DNA from: Candidatus Poribacteria bacterium
Lineage (GTDB): Bacteria > Poribacteria > WGA-4E > GCA-2687025
DNA length: 64,000 nucleotides
Reading direction: 5' to 3'
Assembly: GCA_963665845.2 (NCBI GenBank)
Contig: OY762492.1
Coordinates: 1,536,001-1,600,000, forward strand
Position 1 is the stretch's first letter. Each line of letters begins with the position of its first letter. Below are positions 19,003-28,402 of the stretch, piece by piece. Below the pieces are notes generated by a model. The model made no database searches and was not told the origin of the DNA. It saw nothing but the letters and a program-made list of their open reading frames with translations. A program made the position numbers and the translations under genes.

Positions 19003-20091
19003 CTACCGATGCGGCGCCTCCGCCTCTTTTATCGCTCCCCACTGGGTATGCTTCTTGTCCGCAGGGTTGACAGAGAGGAAGCGGCTCTTGCCCGCCAAGA
19101 CCCATGTCGCGGAGCCGCCGGCGGCGATGCGCACAATCTCTCGCCTCTCTATATGAATGCGGTATAGTTCGCTCGGCGAGTTGTCGTCAAGTTCCATATT
19201 GAACAGAATCCATTTGCTGTCCGCCGACCAATCGTTGACCCTTGCCCGCAACCCGTCTTCGCGGGATGTGAGACGTTCAATATGAGAGCCGTCCGGATCC
19301 ATCACAAAGATGTCGCTGCCGGCGGCCTCTCCTGCCTGCTCTGGACGGCCAGACGCCATGAACGCGATTTTCTTGCCGTCCGGCGACCACTCGGGATAAC
19401 TCTCGCTTGCGGCGCTCATCGTCAGATTCACAACGCCGGTTCCATTTGCGTTCATCGTATAAATATGGATAGGGAGAGGGCCCAAGAGTTCAAGCAACAC
19501 AAGATCCTCTTCTCTGAGAGGATCGGATGCGAAGGCAATCTTGCCGTCTGCAGAAACGGAAGCCCAAAATTCATCCTCAATCGGCGTTTCGGTGAGCTGC
19601 TCCAGCGTCGTCTCGCCGCGAAAATCCAACGCATAGAGGTCTGAAAACCGTGAGAGCGGGCTGTTTCTATCGTTCCCCTTGCATGCAAGGCGCCTGCTGT
19701 TCGGAAACCACCATGCGCCAGAGATATGGATATGTTCGAATCCCTTGTTGTTAAGGCGCTCTGTCATGTTGATCATACGCCCCGTTTCCAGTTCCAGTAT
19801 GTAGTGCGTGTATAAACCGAATTCGGGCGTATTGGCAATGAAGGAGGCGTATCGACCGTCCGGGCTCCATTCAGCGGGACCGTTGAAATCTCCGGTCATC
19901 CAGAGCCGACTGTTTTGTCCGTCCCAGTCGATGAGGTACAGTCCGTCGCTGCGCTCTAAACAGATGGTCGGCTTTTCCAGTTTCGTCGCATCTTCCAGCG
20001 GCGCATAATCTTCCGCCGGCGCCGGCGCGCACAACAGAAGCGAGAGAGCAACCGCGTAAACAAAGAACAAACCCGCGTTTTGGCGCATCAT
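19003..20091 (-). CDS. secreted TolB-like/PD40 beta-propeller protein
   Basis: Signal peptide; WSPDGRY and WSPDGKKIAF repeats; C-terminal SVNPADKKHTQWGAIK motif. Confidence 0.85.
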   Translation of the reverse strand: MMRQNAGLFFVYAVALSLLLCAPAPAEDYAPLEDATKLEKPTICLERSDGLYLIDWDGQNSRLWMTGDFNGPAEWSPDGRYASFIANTPEFGLYTHYILELETGRMINMTERLNNKGFEHIHISGAWWFPNSRRLACKGNDRNSPLSRFSDLYALDFRGETTLEQLTETPIEDEFWASVSADGKIAFASDPLREEDLVLLELLGPLPIHIYTMNANGTGVVNLTMSAASESYPEWSPDGKKIAFMASGRPEQAGEAAGSDIFVMDPDGSHIERLTSREDGLRARVNDWSADSKWILFNMELDDNSPSELYRIHIERREIVRIAAGGSATWVLAGKSRFLSVNPADKKHTQWGAIKEAEAPHR

Positions 20092-20196
20092 TAACTCCTT
20101 TATGAAACCGCCTGCGCAACAACATTTTAGCGCAAACGAACCTCCGCCGCATTGCTATCATAGTCTAAGCGGGCTTTTCGAGCAACGTCTGTTCTC

Positions 20197-20436
20197 GGCA
20201 GTCCCTATAGGCGGTGATTTCGATTTTAGAGCGCCGTTTTGGAATGCGAAGGCTCTATGGGAAAACTCTGGATTCCCGCTTTCGCGGGAATGACCCCCGT
20301 TTTCACGGGGTAGGCTATGAGGGAGCGCGGGCTATCTGGACTCCCCCCTTGAAAGGGGGGTTTTAGTTCCGTGCGCGGAATCACGATTAGCAAAACTCAA
20401 ACGGGATTTTCGTCATCATCGCCTGTAGAGACTACC
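20197..20436. mobile_element. MITE family A copy 2 (~240 bp)
   Basis: Ends ggcagtccctataggcggtga and tcatcgcctgtagagactacc; arms closely similar to 2648-2889 but with a different inner module. Confidence 0.78.
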
Positions 20437-20451
20437 GTACGACGTCTGCCG

Positions 20452-20480
20452 TTGCAATTCTCGGCGCGGGCGGTTACCAT
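20452..20480 (+). promoter_or_regulatory. putative sigma70 promoter of the ferredoxin gene
   Basis: TTGCAA-17nt-TACCAT. Confidence 0.45.
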
Positions 20481-20512
20481 CATGAACCCAAAGGAATTGA
20501 GGATAGCCGCCG

Positions 20513-20959
20513 ATGGCTTATGTGATTGCCGAGCCGTGCGTTGATGTGAAAGACCTTGCCTGCGTCGCGGTCTGCCCTGTGGACTGCATCTATGAATTTG
20601 AGGGTGAAAATCAGCTGTTCATTCACCCCGAAGAGTGCATCGACTGCGACGCCTGCCGACCTGAATGCCCCGTGGAGGCGATCTTTCCGTTGGAGGATGT
20701 CCCGTCCCAGTGGCAGCAGTATATCGAATTGAACAGCGTTATTTTTGAAACGCGCAGCCTTGACGAACGGGTCGGCGGCGGAGCGTTGGAGCCTATGGAG
20801 GACGCGCAGCCCGCGGCGGCCGTTGCGGTTTCCGCCGGCGAGATGGGCGAATTGAGCGCGCTGCTTGCCGCGATTGCGTCCAAAGAAAGCTCCGCCGAGG
20901 AGGCGCTGGAGGATGTTCTCGCGGCGCTGGAAAAACTCGGCGTTGAGATCGAAGCCTAA
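20513..20959 (+). CDS. 7Fe-type (FdxA-like) ferredoxin with acidic C-terminal extension
   Basis: YVIAEPCVDVKDLACVAVCPVDCI and CIDCDACRPECP. Confidence 0.9.
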   Translation: MAYVIAEPCVDVKDLACVAVCPVDCIYEFEGENQLFIHPEECIDCDACRPECPVEAIFPLEDVPSQWQQYIELNSVIFETRSLDERVGGGALEPMEDAQPAAAVAVSAGEMGELSALLAAIASKESSAEEALEDVLAALEKLGVEIEA

Positions 20960-20986
20960 ACCGAAGCCGCCCTGGAAAGAAACCCG

Positions 20987-22012
20987 ATGAGAGCGGCAGT
21001 ATTCGCTGAACATGGGGGTCCGGAGGTTCTGTGCGTCGAAGAGACGCCGCAGCCTGTTCTGAAACCGGATGAAGCGCTCATAAAGGTGGAGGCGGCGGCG
21101 TTGAACCGTCTCGACCTCGCGGCGCGCGCTGGACGTCCTGAAGTGGAGCCGATGCCGCATATCGGGGGGCTGGACGTTGTCGGAACGGTCGCCGAGACCG
21201 GCGCGGATGTCCAAAACGTCCAGCCCGGCGACCGAGTCGCCGTCTACCCGATTCTTTCCTGCCGAAATTGCGGTTTGTGCGCGTCGGGCGATTCGGCGTT
21301 ATGCCCGCGGCAGCGCGTGTACGGCTTTCAGACGCAGGGCGGTTTTGCCGAGTATTGCGCCGCGCCCGCCGTCAACCTTGAGCGGGTCTCCCCCCTTGCG
21401 GACGCCGCGGAAACGGCCGCGCTTCCGACCGCTTATCTGACCGCTTGGCGCATGCTTGTCCGCAACGCGCGCCTGAAACGCGGCGAACGGGTTCTCATCC
21501 ATTCCATCGGCGGCGGGGTCGGCATGGCGGCGCTGGACATCGCGCGTTATCTCGGCGCGCGCGTCATCGGCACCGCCGGCGCCGACGCGAAGATCGAGAC
21601 GGCGCTCAACGCGGGCGCCGAAGCGGTCGTCAACTACCGAAAAGAGAGCGCCGCCGAGCGGGTCATGCAGTTCACCGAGGGGGAGGGCTGCGACGTGGTC
21701 GTCGATGTGATCGGAGAGGCGACCTGGGAAATAAGCCTCCAGTGCGCCGCGGTGAACGGGCGGATCGTAACGGCGGGAGTGACCAGCGGGTCTGTCGCGC
21801 CGACGAATATCCGCCATTTTTATCAACGTCAATTGACGGCGATGGGGTCGGTCGTCGGGGGTCAGGCGGAGTTTCGAACGCTGCTGGCGCTGGCGTCCAG
21901 CGGGTTCTTGCGCCCTGTGGTCGCCCGCCGTTTTGCGTTGGACGAAATTCGCGCCGCCCATGAAGCGCTGGAATCCCGCGCCTGCGTCGGCAAGGTTGTC
22001 ATCGAACCTTGA
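20987..22012 (+). CDS. zinc-binding dehydrogenase/quinone oxidoreductase
   Basis: HGGPEVL, LNRLD, CRNCGLC..C, TAYLTAWRML, GGGVG, GKVVI. Confidence 0.88.
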   Translation: MRAAVFAEHGGPEVLCVEETPQPVLKPDEALIKVEAAALNRLDLAARAGRPEVEPMPHIGGLDVVGTVAETGADVQNVQPGDRVAVYPILSCRNCGLCASGDSALCPRQRVYGFQTQGGFAEYCAAPAVNLERVSPLADAAETAALPTAYLTAWRMLVRNARLKRGERVLIHSIGGGVGMAALDIARYLGARVIGTAGADAKIETALNAGAEAVVNYRKESAAERVMQFTEGEGCDVVVDVIGEATWEISLQCAAVNGRIVTAGVTSGSVAPTNIRHFYQRQLTAMGSVVGGQAEFRTLLALASSGFLRPVVARRFALDEIRAAHEALESRACVGKVVIEP

Positions 22013-22196
22013 ACGTTTTACGCGCCGCGCGAACGGAATTCAGAAGCCGCGGTAACCTCTAGCCGCCGCATTCAGTTACATCCACTAAAGAGAGAGCCGG
22101 CGAATTGCTGACGGCGCCTGCGGCGCTAAGATTCCCGCTTACGCGGGAATGCATGTCCTCGCGGAAGCGGGGGACGGCCTGGTCGGCGAATTACGG

Positions 22197-22225
22197 TTGA
22201 CCGCCGCATCGATTCGGGCTATCCT
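22197..22225 (+). promoter_or_regulatory. putative sigma70 promoter of the DAC-domain gene
   Basis: TTGACC-17nt-TATCCT. Confidence 0.4.
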
Positions 22226-22269
22226 TTTTTCAGTTGCCTCTTAGCGCGGACCCGTAGAGAGGGCGCACG

Positions 22270-23115
22270 TTGCCAATCAAAATCATGCTCATGAAAGCGT
22301 ATCGCAAGATGCAGAGCGATATTGAGGAGGCGCGCGCCAAGTTCAAAACGCTTTCATCCGAGAACAAAAAATTGAGCGGCGAACTCAACACGTTTGACGA
22401 CCGCGTCGAAGAGCGGGTGGATGAGCGCATCGCCGGGATGAACATCTCCCGCCAGCGGTTCGAAGACACGGCGGCGGACCGCGGCGACCTGATCGATCTG
22501 TACACGGAGCGCATCTTCGCCCAGGCGTGCTGTTTTGCGAAAAAAAATATACAGGAGCAGCTGCGCCGCGGGCTGTTTATCCTGCTGATTGATCAGCGGA
22601 ATATGGACCCGCAAAACTTTTCCGACTTCCATGACTCGCAGCAAGAATATCTGGAAAACGAGCGGTTTCAAAGCATTGAGGGCGTCCCGCACATCTTTTC
22701 GCCAAGCGCCGCGGAGGCGCTGGAATGGATGGGCGAGAAGGAGATTCGCCTGGACGAAAACGGCGAGATCATCGCCTATGAGGAACGGGACGGCGCCGTT
22801 CTAGTGGACCTGCGCGGCGTCATGACAAGAACGCGCCAGATGATCGAAGGCGTCAGGACGCATAAGGCGGATTCATCCATTGACCATCTGCTGCGCGGCG
22901 GAGCGCGGCACAACGCCGCCGTGTACGCCTCCTCGCTCAAGGAGGTTCTCACCTCCGTTGTGGTGAGCGAGGAGACGAATTGCGCGACGCAGTTTCATAA
23001 CGGGCGCATCGTCCAGATGTATAACCCGTACAAAGACCGCTTCTACACGCGCGACGAGTATTACAGCGGCGAAGCCTTATGCAAGCAGACCGCCGAGGCT
23101 CAGGAGCTGGCGTAA
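22270..23115 (+). CDS. coiled-coil + diadenylate cyclase (DAC/DisA_N)-like protein
   Basis: RDGAVLVD, GGARHNAA and VVVSEET match the DAC motifs DGA, RHR and VSEE; N-terminal coiled coil. Confidence 0.7.
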   Translation: MPIKIMLMKAYRKMQSDIEEARAKFKTLSSENKKLSGELNTFDDRVEERVDERIAGMNISRQRFEDTAADRGDLIDLYTERIFAQACCFAKKNIQEQLRRGLFILLIDQRNMDPQNFSDFHDSQQEYLENERFQSIEGVPHIFSPSAAEALEWMGEKEIRLDENGEIIAYEERDGAVLVDLRGVMTRTRQMIEGVRTHKADSSIDHLLRGGARHNAAVYASSLKEVLTSVVVSEETNCATQFHNGRIVQMYNPYKDRFYTRDEYYSGEALCKQTAEAQELA

Positions 23116-24878
23116 AGCGCGTCGATCTTCTCCTGAAGCGGAGCCAGCGCTTCTTTCCGCTTCACCTTCAATGTCGGCGTCAGCTCGTCCGCTTCGATGT
23201 CGAATTCCCGCTCCATGAGCAGAAACACCCGTATGCGTTCAAAGTCCGCCAGCTCGCCTGTATGCTTGTCGATCTCCTCTCGGTAGAGGCGGCGCGTCTT
23301 CGGATGGTTCACCAGCTCCTCGATCGGCTCGGTCGGGATCTCTTCGCGCTGGGCGAACTCTTCCAGCGCTGGGAAGGAGGGAACGATGACCGCGCCGGCA
23401 ACCTTCTGCGCGTCCCCGATGACGACCGCCTCGGCGATATACTGGCTCGCCTTCAGCATGTTCTCGATCGGCTCTGGGGCGACATATTTGCCGTTCGATA
23501 GCTTCAGCAGGTTTTTCTTGCGCCCGGTGATTTTCAGGAACCCGTCCCCGTCGAACTCGCCGAGGTCGCCCGTGTGGAACCAGCCGTCATCGTCGATGAC
23601 GCTCGCGGTCTCTTCGGGCAGTTTGAAGTAGCCCTGCATGACATGCTCTCCGCGCGTCAGTATTTCGCCGTCCTCGGCGATGCGCGCTTCGATGCCGGGG
23701 ATGACCGGTCCGACGGTTCCAAACCGGTAGCCGTTCTCATGGTTGACGGAGATGACGGGGGAGGTTTCGGTCAACCCGTACCCTTCCAAGATGAGTATGC
23801 CGGCGGCGTGGAAAAATTCAGCGGTGGAAAGCGCCAGCGGCGCGCCCCCGCTGATGAAGAAGCGAAGCCGACCCCCGACCCGCTCATGCAGCTTTTGAAA
23901 CACCAGCTTGTGCGCCAGTCCGCTCGCGGCGTTCAGCCCAAAACCGATCGGCTCTCCGCTGCGGATGCGCGCGCTCTTTTTCCGCCCCTGCTCCATCGAC
24001 CAGCCGAAGATCGCTTTTTTGAGTCCAGAGGAGGATTCAACGCTTTTCAAAATGCGCTCTTGCAGGCTTTCATAGAAGCGGGGGACGCATGCCATGACGG
24101 TCGGCGCGACGGTCCCCAGCTCATTGGCAAGATAGCGCAATCCGCGCGAATAGGCGACGGCGCACCCTGTCGTGAACGGCAAAAAATGACCCGCCATGCG
24201 CTCAAAGACATGCGACAGCGGCAGGAACGAAAGAAACAGATCGTTCTCGTCCACGTTCAGAACCTGCAGGCAGCTGCGCCTGTTGGCGAGAAAGTTGCCG
24301 TGCGTCAGGATAACGCCTTTCGGGCTTCCCGTTGTGCCGGAGGTGTAGATCAGCGTGACCACATCCTCGTTGGCGAGCTCGTTTCGGCGGCTTTCCGCCT
24401 CTTCAGCCTCGTTTGCCTCCGATTCCTGCGTTTCCAGCGTTTCAAACGGGACGGCGCCGTCGATCTCGCCGTCCGCGGCGATGATGAATTTCAGGTCTGG
24501 GCATTCCTCATGGACGGCGGCGATCTTTTCCAGCTGCTCTTTTCCGCGCGCGAATACGGCGCGGGCGCCCGAATCGCGCAGAATATAGGCGGCTTGAGAA
24601 GCGGGCAGCGTCGGATAGATCGGAACCGTGACGCACCCGGCGCTGATCGCCGCAAAGTCGGTCAACGTCCATTCCAAACAGTTCTCGCTCAAAAGAGCGA
24701 TGCGGTCGCCTTTCAACAGGCCGAGGCGCACCAGCCCGGCTGCAAGCCTGTCGATGCGCTCCGACATCTCTCCGTAGGTTACGGAGACGGTTGTCTTGCC
24801 GTCGTTGTATCGGGCGGCTTCCTTGTCAGAAAAACGGGCGGCGGTCTCTTTGAACCGCGCAATCAAGGTGTCGGACAT
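23100..24878 (-). CDS. long-chain fatty acid-CoA ligase (AMP-binding)
   Basis: IYTSGTTGSPKG, EGYGLTET, FHTGDLG, ELTPTLKVKR; likely start MSDTL at 24878. Confidence 0.93.
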   Translation of the reverse strand: MSDTLIARFKETAARFSDKEAARYNDGKTTVSVTYGEMSERIDRLAAGLVRLGLLKGDRIALLSENCLEWTLTDFAAISAGCVTVPIYPTLPASQAAYILRDSGARAVFARGKEQLEKIAAVHEECPDLKFIIAADGEIDGAVPFETLETQESEANEAEEAESRRNELANEDVVTLIYTSGTTGSPKGVILTHGNFLANRRSCLQVLNVDENDLFLSFLPLSHVFERMAGHFLPFTTGCAVAYSRGLRYLANELGTVAPTVMACVPRFYESLQERILKSVESSSGLKKAIFGWSMEQGRKKSARIRSGEPIGFGLNAASGLAHKLVFQKLHERVGGRLRFFISGGAPLALSTAEFFHAAGILILEGYGLTETSPVISVNHENGYRFGTVGPVIPGIEARIAEDGEILTRGEHVMQGYFKLPEETASVIDDDGWFHTGDLGEFDGDGFLKITGRKKNLLKLSNGKYVAPEPIENMLKASQYIAEAVVIGDAQKVAGAVIVPSFPALEEFAQREEIPTEPIEELVNHPKTRRLYREEIDKHTGELADFERIRVFLLMEREFDIEADELTPTLKVKRKEALAPLQEKIDALYASS

Positions 24879-24894
24879 GTCGGCTCCTTTCAGG

Positions 24895-25842
24895 TTATCG
24901 AAACAATCGGTCTCCCGCCTCCAGATGCTGCGAGGAGCGGGCGTTGACGATCTCATCCACCCCGTTCACCTGCTGCCCCTGCGTGTCGAGCCTCTTTTCG
25001 ACGGCGGCGGGATGGGCGCCGTTGTTGCCTTGGATAAAGTTGTCGTCGAGGCGCCCGCCGTCCTTGACCGCATAGCCGCCGTTGCGGGCGATGTTGTTGC
25101 TGCGTATCTGCGGGGAGGAGGCGCCGCGGCACAACACGCCTGTTTCGCGGTTGTTGCCGATGAAGTTGCGGTCGATGATCGCGTCGGAGCCGTTGTCGCA
25201 GATGACGCCCCAGACGTTTCCAGCGATCGTGTTGTTCAGTATTTCGGGGGACGCTTGCCGGTCGCACTGAATGGCGGCGTCGTTGCCGATAAAACGGCAA
25301 TCCTCAATGAGCGGCGCGGACGCCTCAACGGCGAGCGCGGCATGGACGCTGGCGTTCTCAAACTGGCAAAATTGCGCCTGAACGGAGGAGGAGCGGAGAT
25401 GCGCCTTTGCGTAGGTGAAACGCGCATGGAGAAAACGGCCGGTACTGCCAGGCTCCATGAGCGCGCCGTGCCATTTTCTAGAGCGCGGCGCGGCGATGAA
25501 CGAAACGGGCGCGTCCGCGTCTCCTTGTACATACATCTCGCCGCGCACAATCAGTTTGGAGGCGGGGGAGTTTTCGGCGTCAAAATGGATGCGCGTTCCG
25601 CGTTCTATCGAGAGCGTCGCGCCTTCGGGCAGCTCCGCTTCGCCGCGGATGACGATATGTCCGCGCCAGGTTTCGTTTCCGTTCAGCGTTCCTGTTTTGA
25701 CGGTCAGTTCGCCGTCGGCGTCCGCGTCCGCCGCGCCGTTGACGGGAAAGGCTTCCTGTATGCTGCCGCCGCATGCCGCCGCGCATGCAAACGCCGCGGC
25801 GAGAAGAAAACGAATCGATAGGCGCATTGAGGCTGTTTTCAT
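24895..25842 (-). CDS. lipoprotein with right-handed parallel beta-helix repeats
   Basis: Lipobox-like AAAC-GG; repeats SPEILNNTIAGN, IIDRNFIGNN, SPQIRSNNIARN. Confidence 0.8.
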   Translation of the reverse strand: MKTASMRLSIRFLLAAAFACAAACGGSIQEAFPVNGAADADADGELTVKTGTLNGNETWRGHIVIRGEAELPEGATLSIERGTRIHFDAENSPASKLIVRGEMYVQGDADAPVSFIAAPRSRKWHGALMEPGSTGRFLHARFTYAKAHLRSSSVQAQFCQFENASVHAALAVEASAPLIEDCRFIGNDAAIQCDRQASPEILNNTIAGNVWGVICDNGSDAIIDRNFIGNNRETGVLCRGASSPQIRSNNIARNGGYAVKDGGRLDDNFIQGNNGAHPAAVEKRLDTQGQQVNGVDEIVNARSSQHLEAGDRLFR

Positions 25843-25886
25843 ACATTTATGGTACCACAGGCTGCCGTTTGCGTCATGCCCGCGCC

Positions 25887-26054
25887 CTGACCTCACGTCT
25901 TAAGTTGGGACATGTCAGGCATGCGAACGCGGACGTCTTCTGCGGCGCCTCTAGATTCCCGCTTACGCGGGAATGACGGTCTGGTTGGCGGCGCCTTTTC
26001 CCATGAATAGAACGATCGTCAGTTCAAATGTCCCAACTTCATGCATGAGGTCAG
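25887..26054. mobile_element. MITE family B copy 1 (168 bp)
   Basis: TIRs ctgacctcacgtcttaagttgggacat and atgtcccaacttcatgcatgaggtcag; 6-bp direct repeat cgcgcc on both flanks. Confidence 0.85.
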
Positions 26055-26120
26055 CGCGCCCCTCCGCGTTCCCCGCTTCCGCGAGGACATGCATTTCCGC
26101 CCAAGCGGGAGACGCGCAGG

Positions 26121-27188
26121 CTACTCAATCCACCCCCCGCCCAAGACAGCCCCCTCCTTGTCATAAAACACGGCGGCTTGCCCTGGCGTCACCGCCCGCC
26201 TTGGCTCATCGAACCGCGCATGCGCTTTGCCGCCGCCGACCGCTTCAACGTCCGCCCATGCGCCTCTGTCCCTGTAGCGTATCTTGACGCGGGCGCGTAT
26301 CGGTTTGTCGGGGCGCGGTATGCTGAGCCAGTTGACGCCGCTCAACGCGCATTCGGAGCGCATCAGGTCTGCCGCCTTCCCGACGACGACGCGGTTCTGC
26401 GGCGCGTCGATCTCCATGACATAGTTCGGCGTTCCGGACGCGATGCCGAGTCCGCGCCGCTGCCCAATGGTGAAGAACGGCGCGCCGGCGTGGTCGCCCA
26501 GCTCGCGCCCCTCCGCGTCGACGATCTTGCCGGGGCTTATCTGTCCCGGCAGCCGCTCCTGCAGAAAGCGCTTGTAGTTGTCGTCTGGGATGAAGCAGAT
26601 CTCCTGGCTTTCGGGCTTGTCGGCGTTGGCGAGTCCCTTGCCGCGCGCGATGCCCCGTACCTGCTCTTTGGTCAGTTCGCCAATCGGAAACAGCGACCGC
26701 CTCAGCTGCCGCTGCGTCAACGCAAACAGCGAATACGATTGATCCTTCTCCGCGTCCGCGCCGCGCAGGAGCCGCATGCGTCCGCCGCGCGTATCAACCC
26801 GCGCATAATGCCCCGTGGCGACATAATCGGCGCCGAGTTCATCCGCCAGCTTCGTCAGCTCGCCGAACTTCAGATCCTGGTTGCATTTGACGCACGGGTT
26901 CGGCGTCCGCCCGTTTAGGTATTCATCGGCGAAGTAGTCGACCACCTTTTCGCCGAACAGCCGCTCATAATTGACCGGATAGTACGGGATGCCGAGGGCG
27001 TCTGCCGCTTGGCGCGCGTCGCGTATGCCGTCAACGCCGCAGCAGGTCGGCTTGTTCGGGTTCGGTTCGACCGTGTCATGGCTGCCGATGCGCATCGTGA
27101 CGCCGACAACATCAACTCCCTCTTCCGCCAGCAGCGCCGCCGCCGCCGACGAATCGACTCCCCCGCTCATCGCAACAAGGACGCGCAT
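26121..27188 (-). CDS. mnmA: tRNA 2-thiouridylase MnmA
   Basis: VAMSGGVDSS, TPNPCVKCN, ATGHYA, KDQSY, ESQEICF, FTIGQRRG, TPGQ. Confidence 0.97.
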   Translation of the reverse strand: MRVLVAMSGGVDSSAAAALLAEEGVDVVGVTMRIGSHDTVEPNPNKPTCCGVDGIRDARQAADALGIPYYPVNYERLFGEKVVDYFADEYLNGRTPNPCVKCNQDLKFGELTKLADELGADYVATGHYARVDTRGGRMRLLRGADAEKDQSYSLFALTQRQLRRSLFPIGELTKEQVRGIARGKGLANADKPESQEICFIPDDNYKRFLQERLPGQISPGKIVDAEGRELGDHAGAPFFTIGQRRGLGIASGTPNYVMEIDAPQNRVVVGKAADLMRSECALSGVNWLSIPRPDKPIRARVKIRYRDRGAWADVEAVGGGKAHARFDEPRRAVTPGQAAVFYDKEGAVLGGGWIE

Positions 27189-27198
27189 ACCCCGCCTT

Positions 27199-28392
27199 TC
27201 ACTCAAGCGGCCGGTCGATTTCGGTCGGCGCCGCATAGTCGACGCCTGCCACATCGAACCCGAAGAGGCGGCGAAACGAAAGGCGGAAGCCTGCGAAGTC
27301 GGCAAAGTCGACCAGGTTGTCGGAACGCACCGACGCCCACCGCGCGGCGATTTCCCGCTGTATGTCCAGCGCCAGCTCCTTGTCGTCCAGGCGGATGCGC
27401 CCTTCGCTGTCCGTTTCGGGGTCGCCGTCCAGCATGAGCTTCTCCCGCAGAAGCCTGTTCATCTGCGCGATGGGCGTTTCGTGGACGCGCGCCTTGCGCA
27501 TGACAGGGTAAAGCATGCTAATATAGAGCGGAACGACAGGGATCGCCGCGGACGCCTGCGACACAATCGCCTTGTTGACCGACACATACGCCGAGCCGCC
27601 GACCGCCTCCTTCAGCCTCTCGCTGAGGTAGGGGGTCGTCTGTTCAAGGTGCAGTTTCGCCATGCCGATCGTTCCGTCGCGGTAGACGGCATGGGTGATT
27701 TCCGGCCCGATGTAGGAGAAGGCGACAGCGCGCGCGCCCTCGGCGAACAGGTCCGCTTCCAGCAGCGCGTCCACCCAGAGCGCAAAGTCTTCCCCGCCCA
27801 TGACCTGTATCGTGTCGGCGATTTCCAGTCCGTTCGCTTGCGGAATATGCGCCGTTTCCACTTTGCCGGTGTTCAGATCAATCGTCTTGCTTTTGAAGTC
27901 GCCCCCGATCGGTTTCAGGACGGACTGGTGCGTGACGCCCGTTTTGGGGTGAATCCGTCGAGGCGCGGCAAGCGAATGGATGAGCAGGTCGATCTTGCCG
28001 TAGTCGCCGCGCAGCAGTTCAACGACCTGTTTTTTGACCGCGTCTGAAAAGCCGTCTCCGTTGACGGCGCCCGCTTTCAGCCCCGCTTCTTGAGCCGCTT
28101 CATGAAAGGCGACCGAGTTGTAGTAGCCGGCAGACGCGGTTCGGCGTCCGGAGGCGGGCCGGTCATAAAAGACGCCGACCGTGTCGGCTCCGTATCCGAA
28201 GGCGGCGGCAATGCGCGACGCCAGCCCGTAACCCGTAGAAGCGCCGATGATGAGCGCGTTCATTTTCCGCTTGTCAACTCCGAGCGTCTGCGTCAAATCG
28301 ATCTGCGCGCGGACATTCGCGCGGCAACCCACCGGATGCGCGTTGGTGGAGATAAAGCCGCGAATGCGCGGCTGAACAACTTCTTCTGGCAT
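27199..28392 (-). CDS. fabV: enoyl-ACP/trans-2-enoyl-CoA reductase FabV
   Basis: AHPVGC, GASTGYGLASRI, SLAAPRR, VMGGEDF, YRDGTIGMAK; start 28392. Confidence 0.95.
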   Translation of the reverse strand: MPEEVVQPRIRGFISTNAHPVGCRANVRAQIDLTQTLGVDKRKMNALIIGASTGYGLASRIAAAFGYGADTVGVFYDRPASGRRTASAGYYNSVAFHEAAQEAGLKAGAVNGDGFSDAVKKQVVELLRGDYGKIDLLIHSLAAPRRIHPKTGVTHQSVLKPIGGDFKSKTIDLNTGKVETAHIPQANGLEIADTIQVMGGEDFALWVDALLEADLFAEGARAVAFSYIGPEITHAVYRDGTIGMAKLHLEQTTPYLSERLKEAVGGSAYVSVNKAIVSQASAAIPVVPLYISMLYPVMRKARVHETPIAQMNRLLREKLMLDGDPETDSEGRIRLDDKELALDIQREIAARWASVRSDNLVDFADFAGFRLSFRRLFGFDVAGVDYAAPTEIDRPLE

Positions 28393-28402
28393 GAGGTCCT
28401 TT

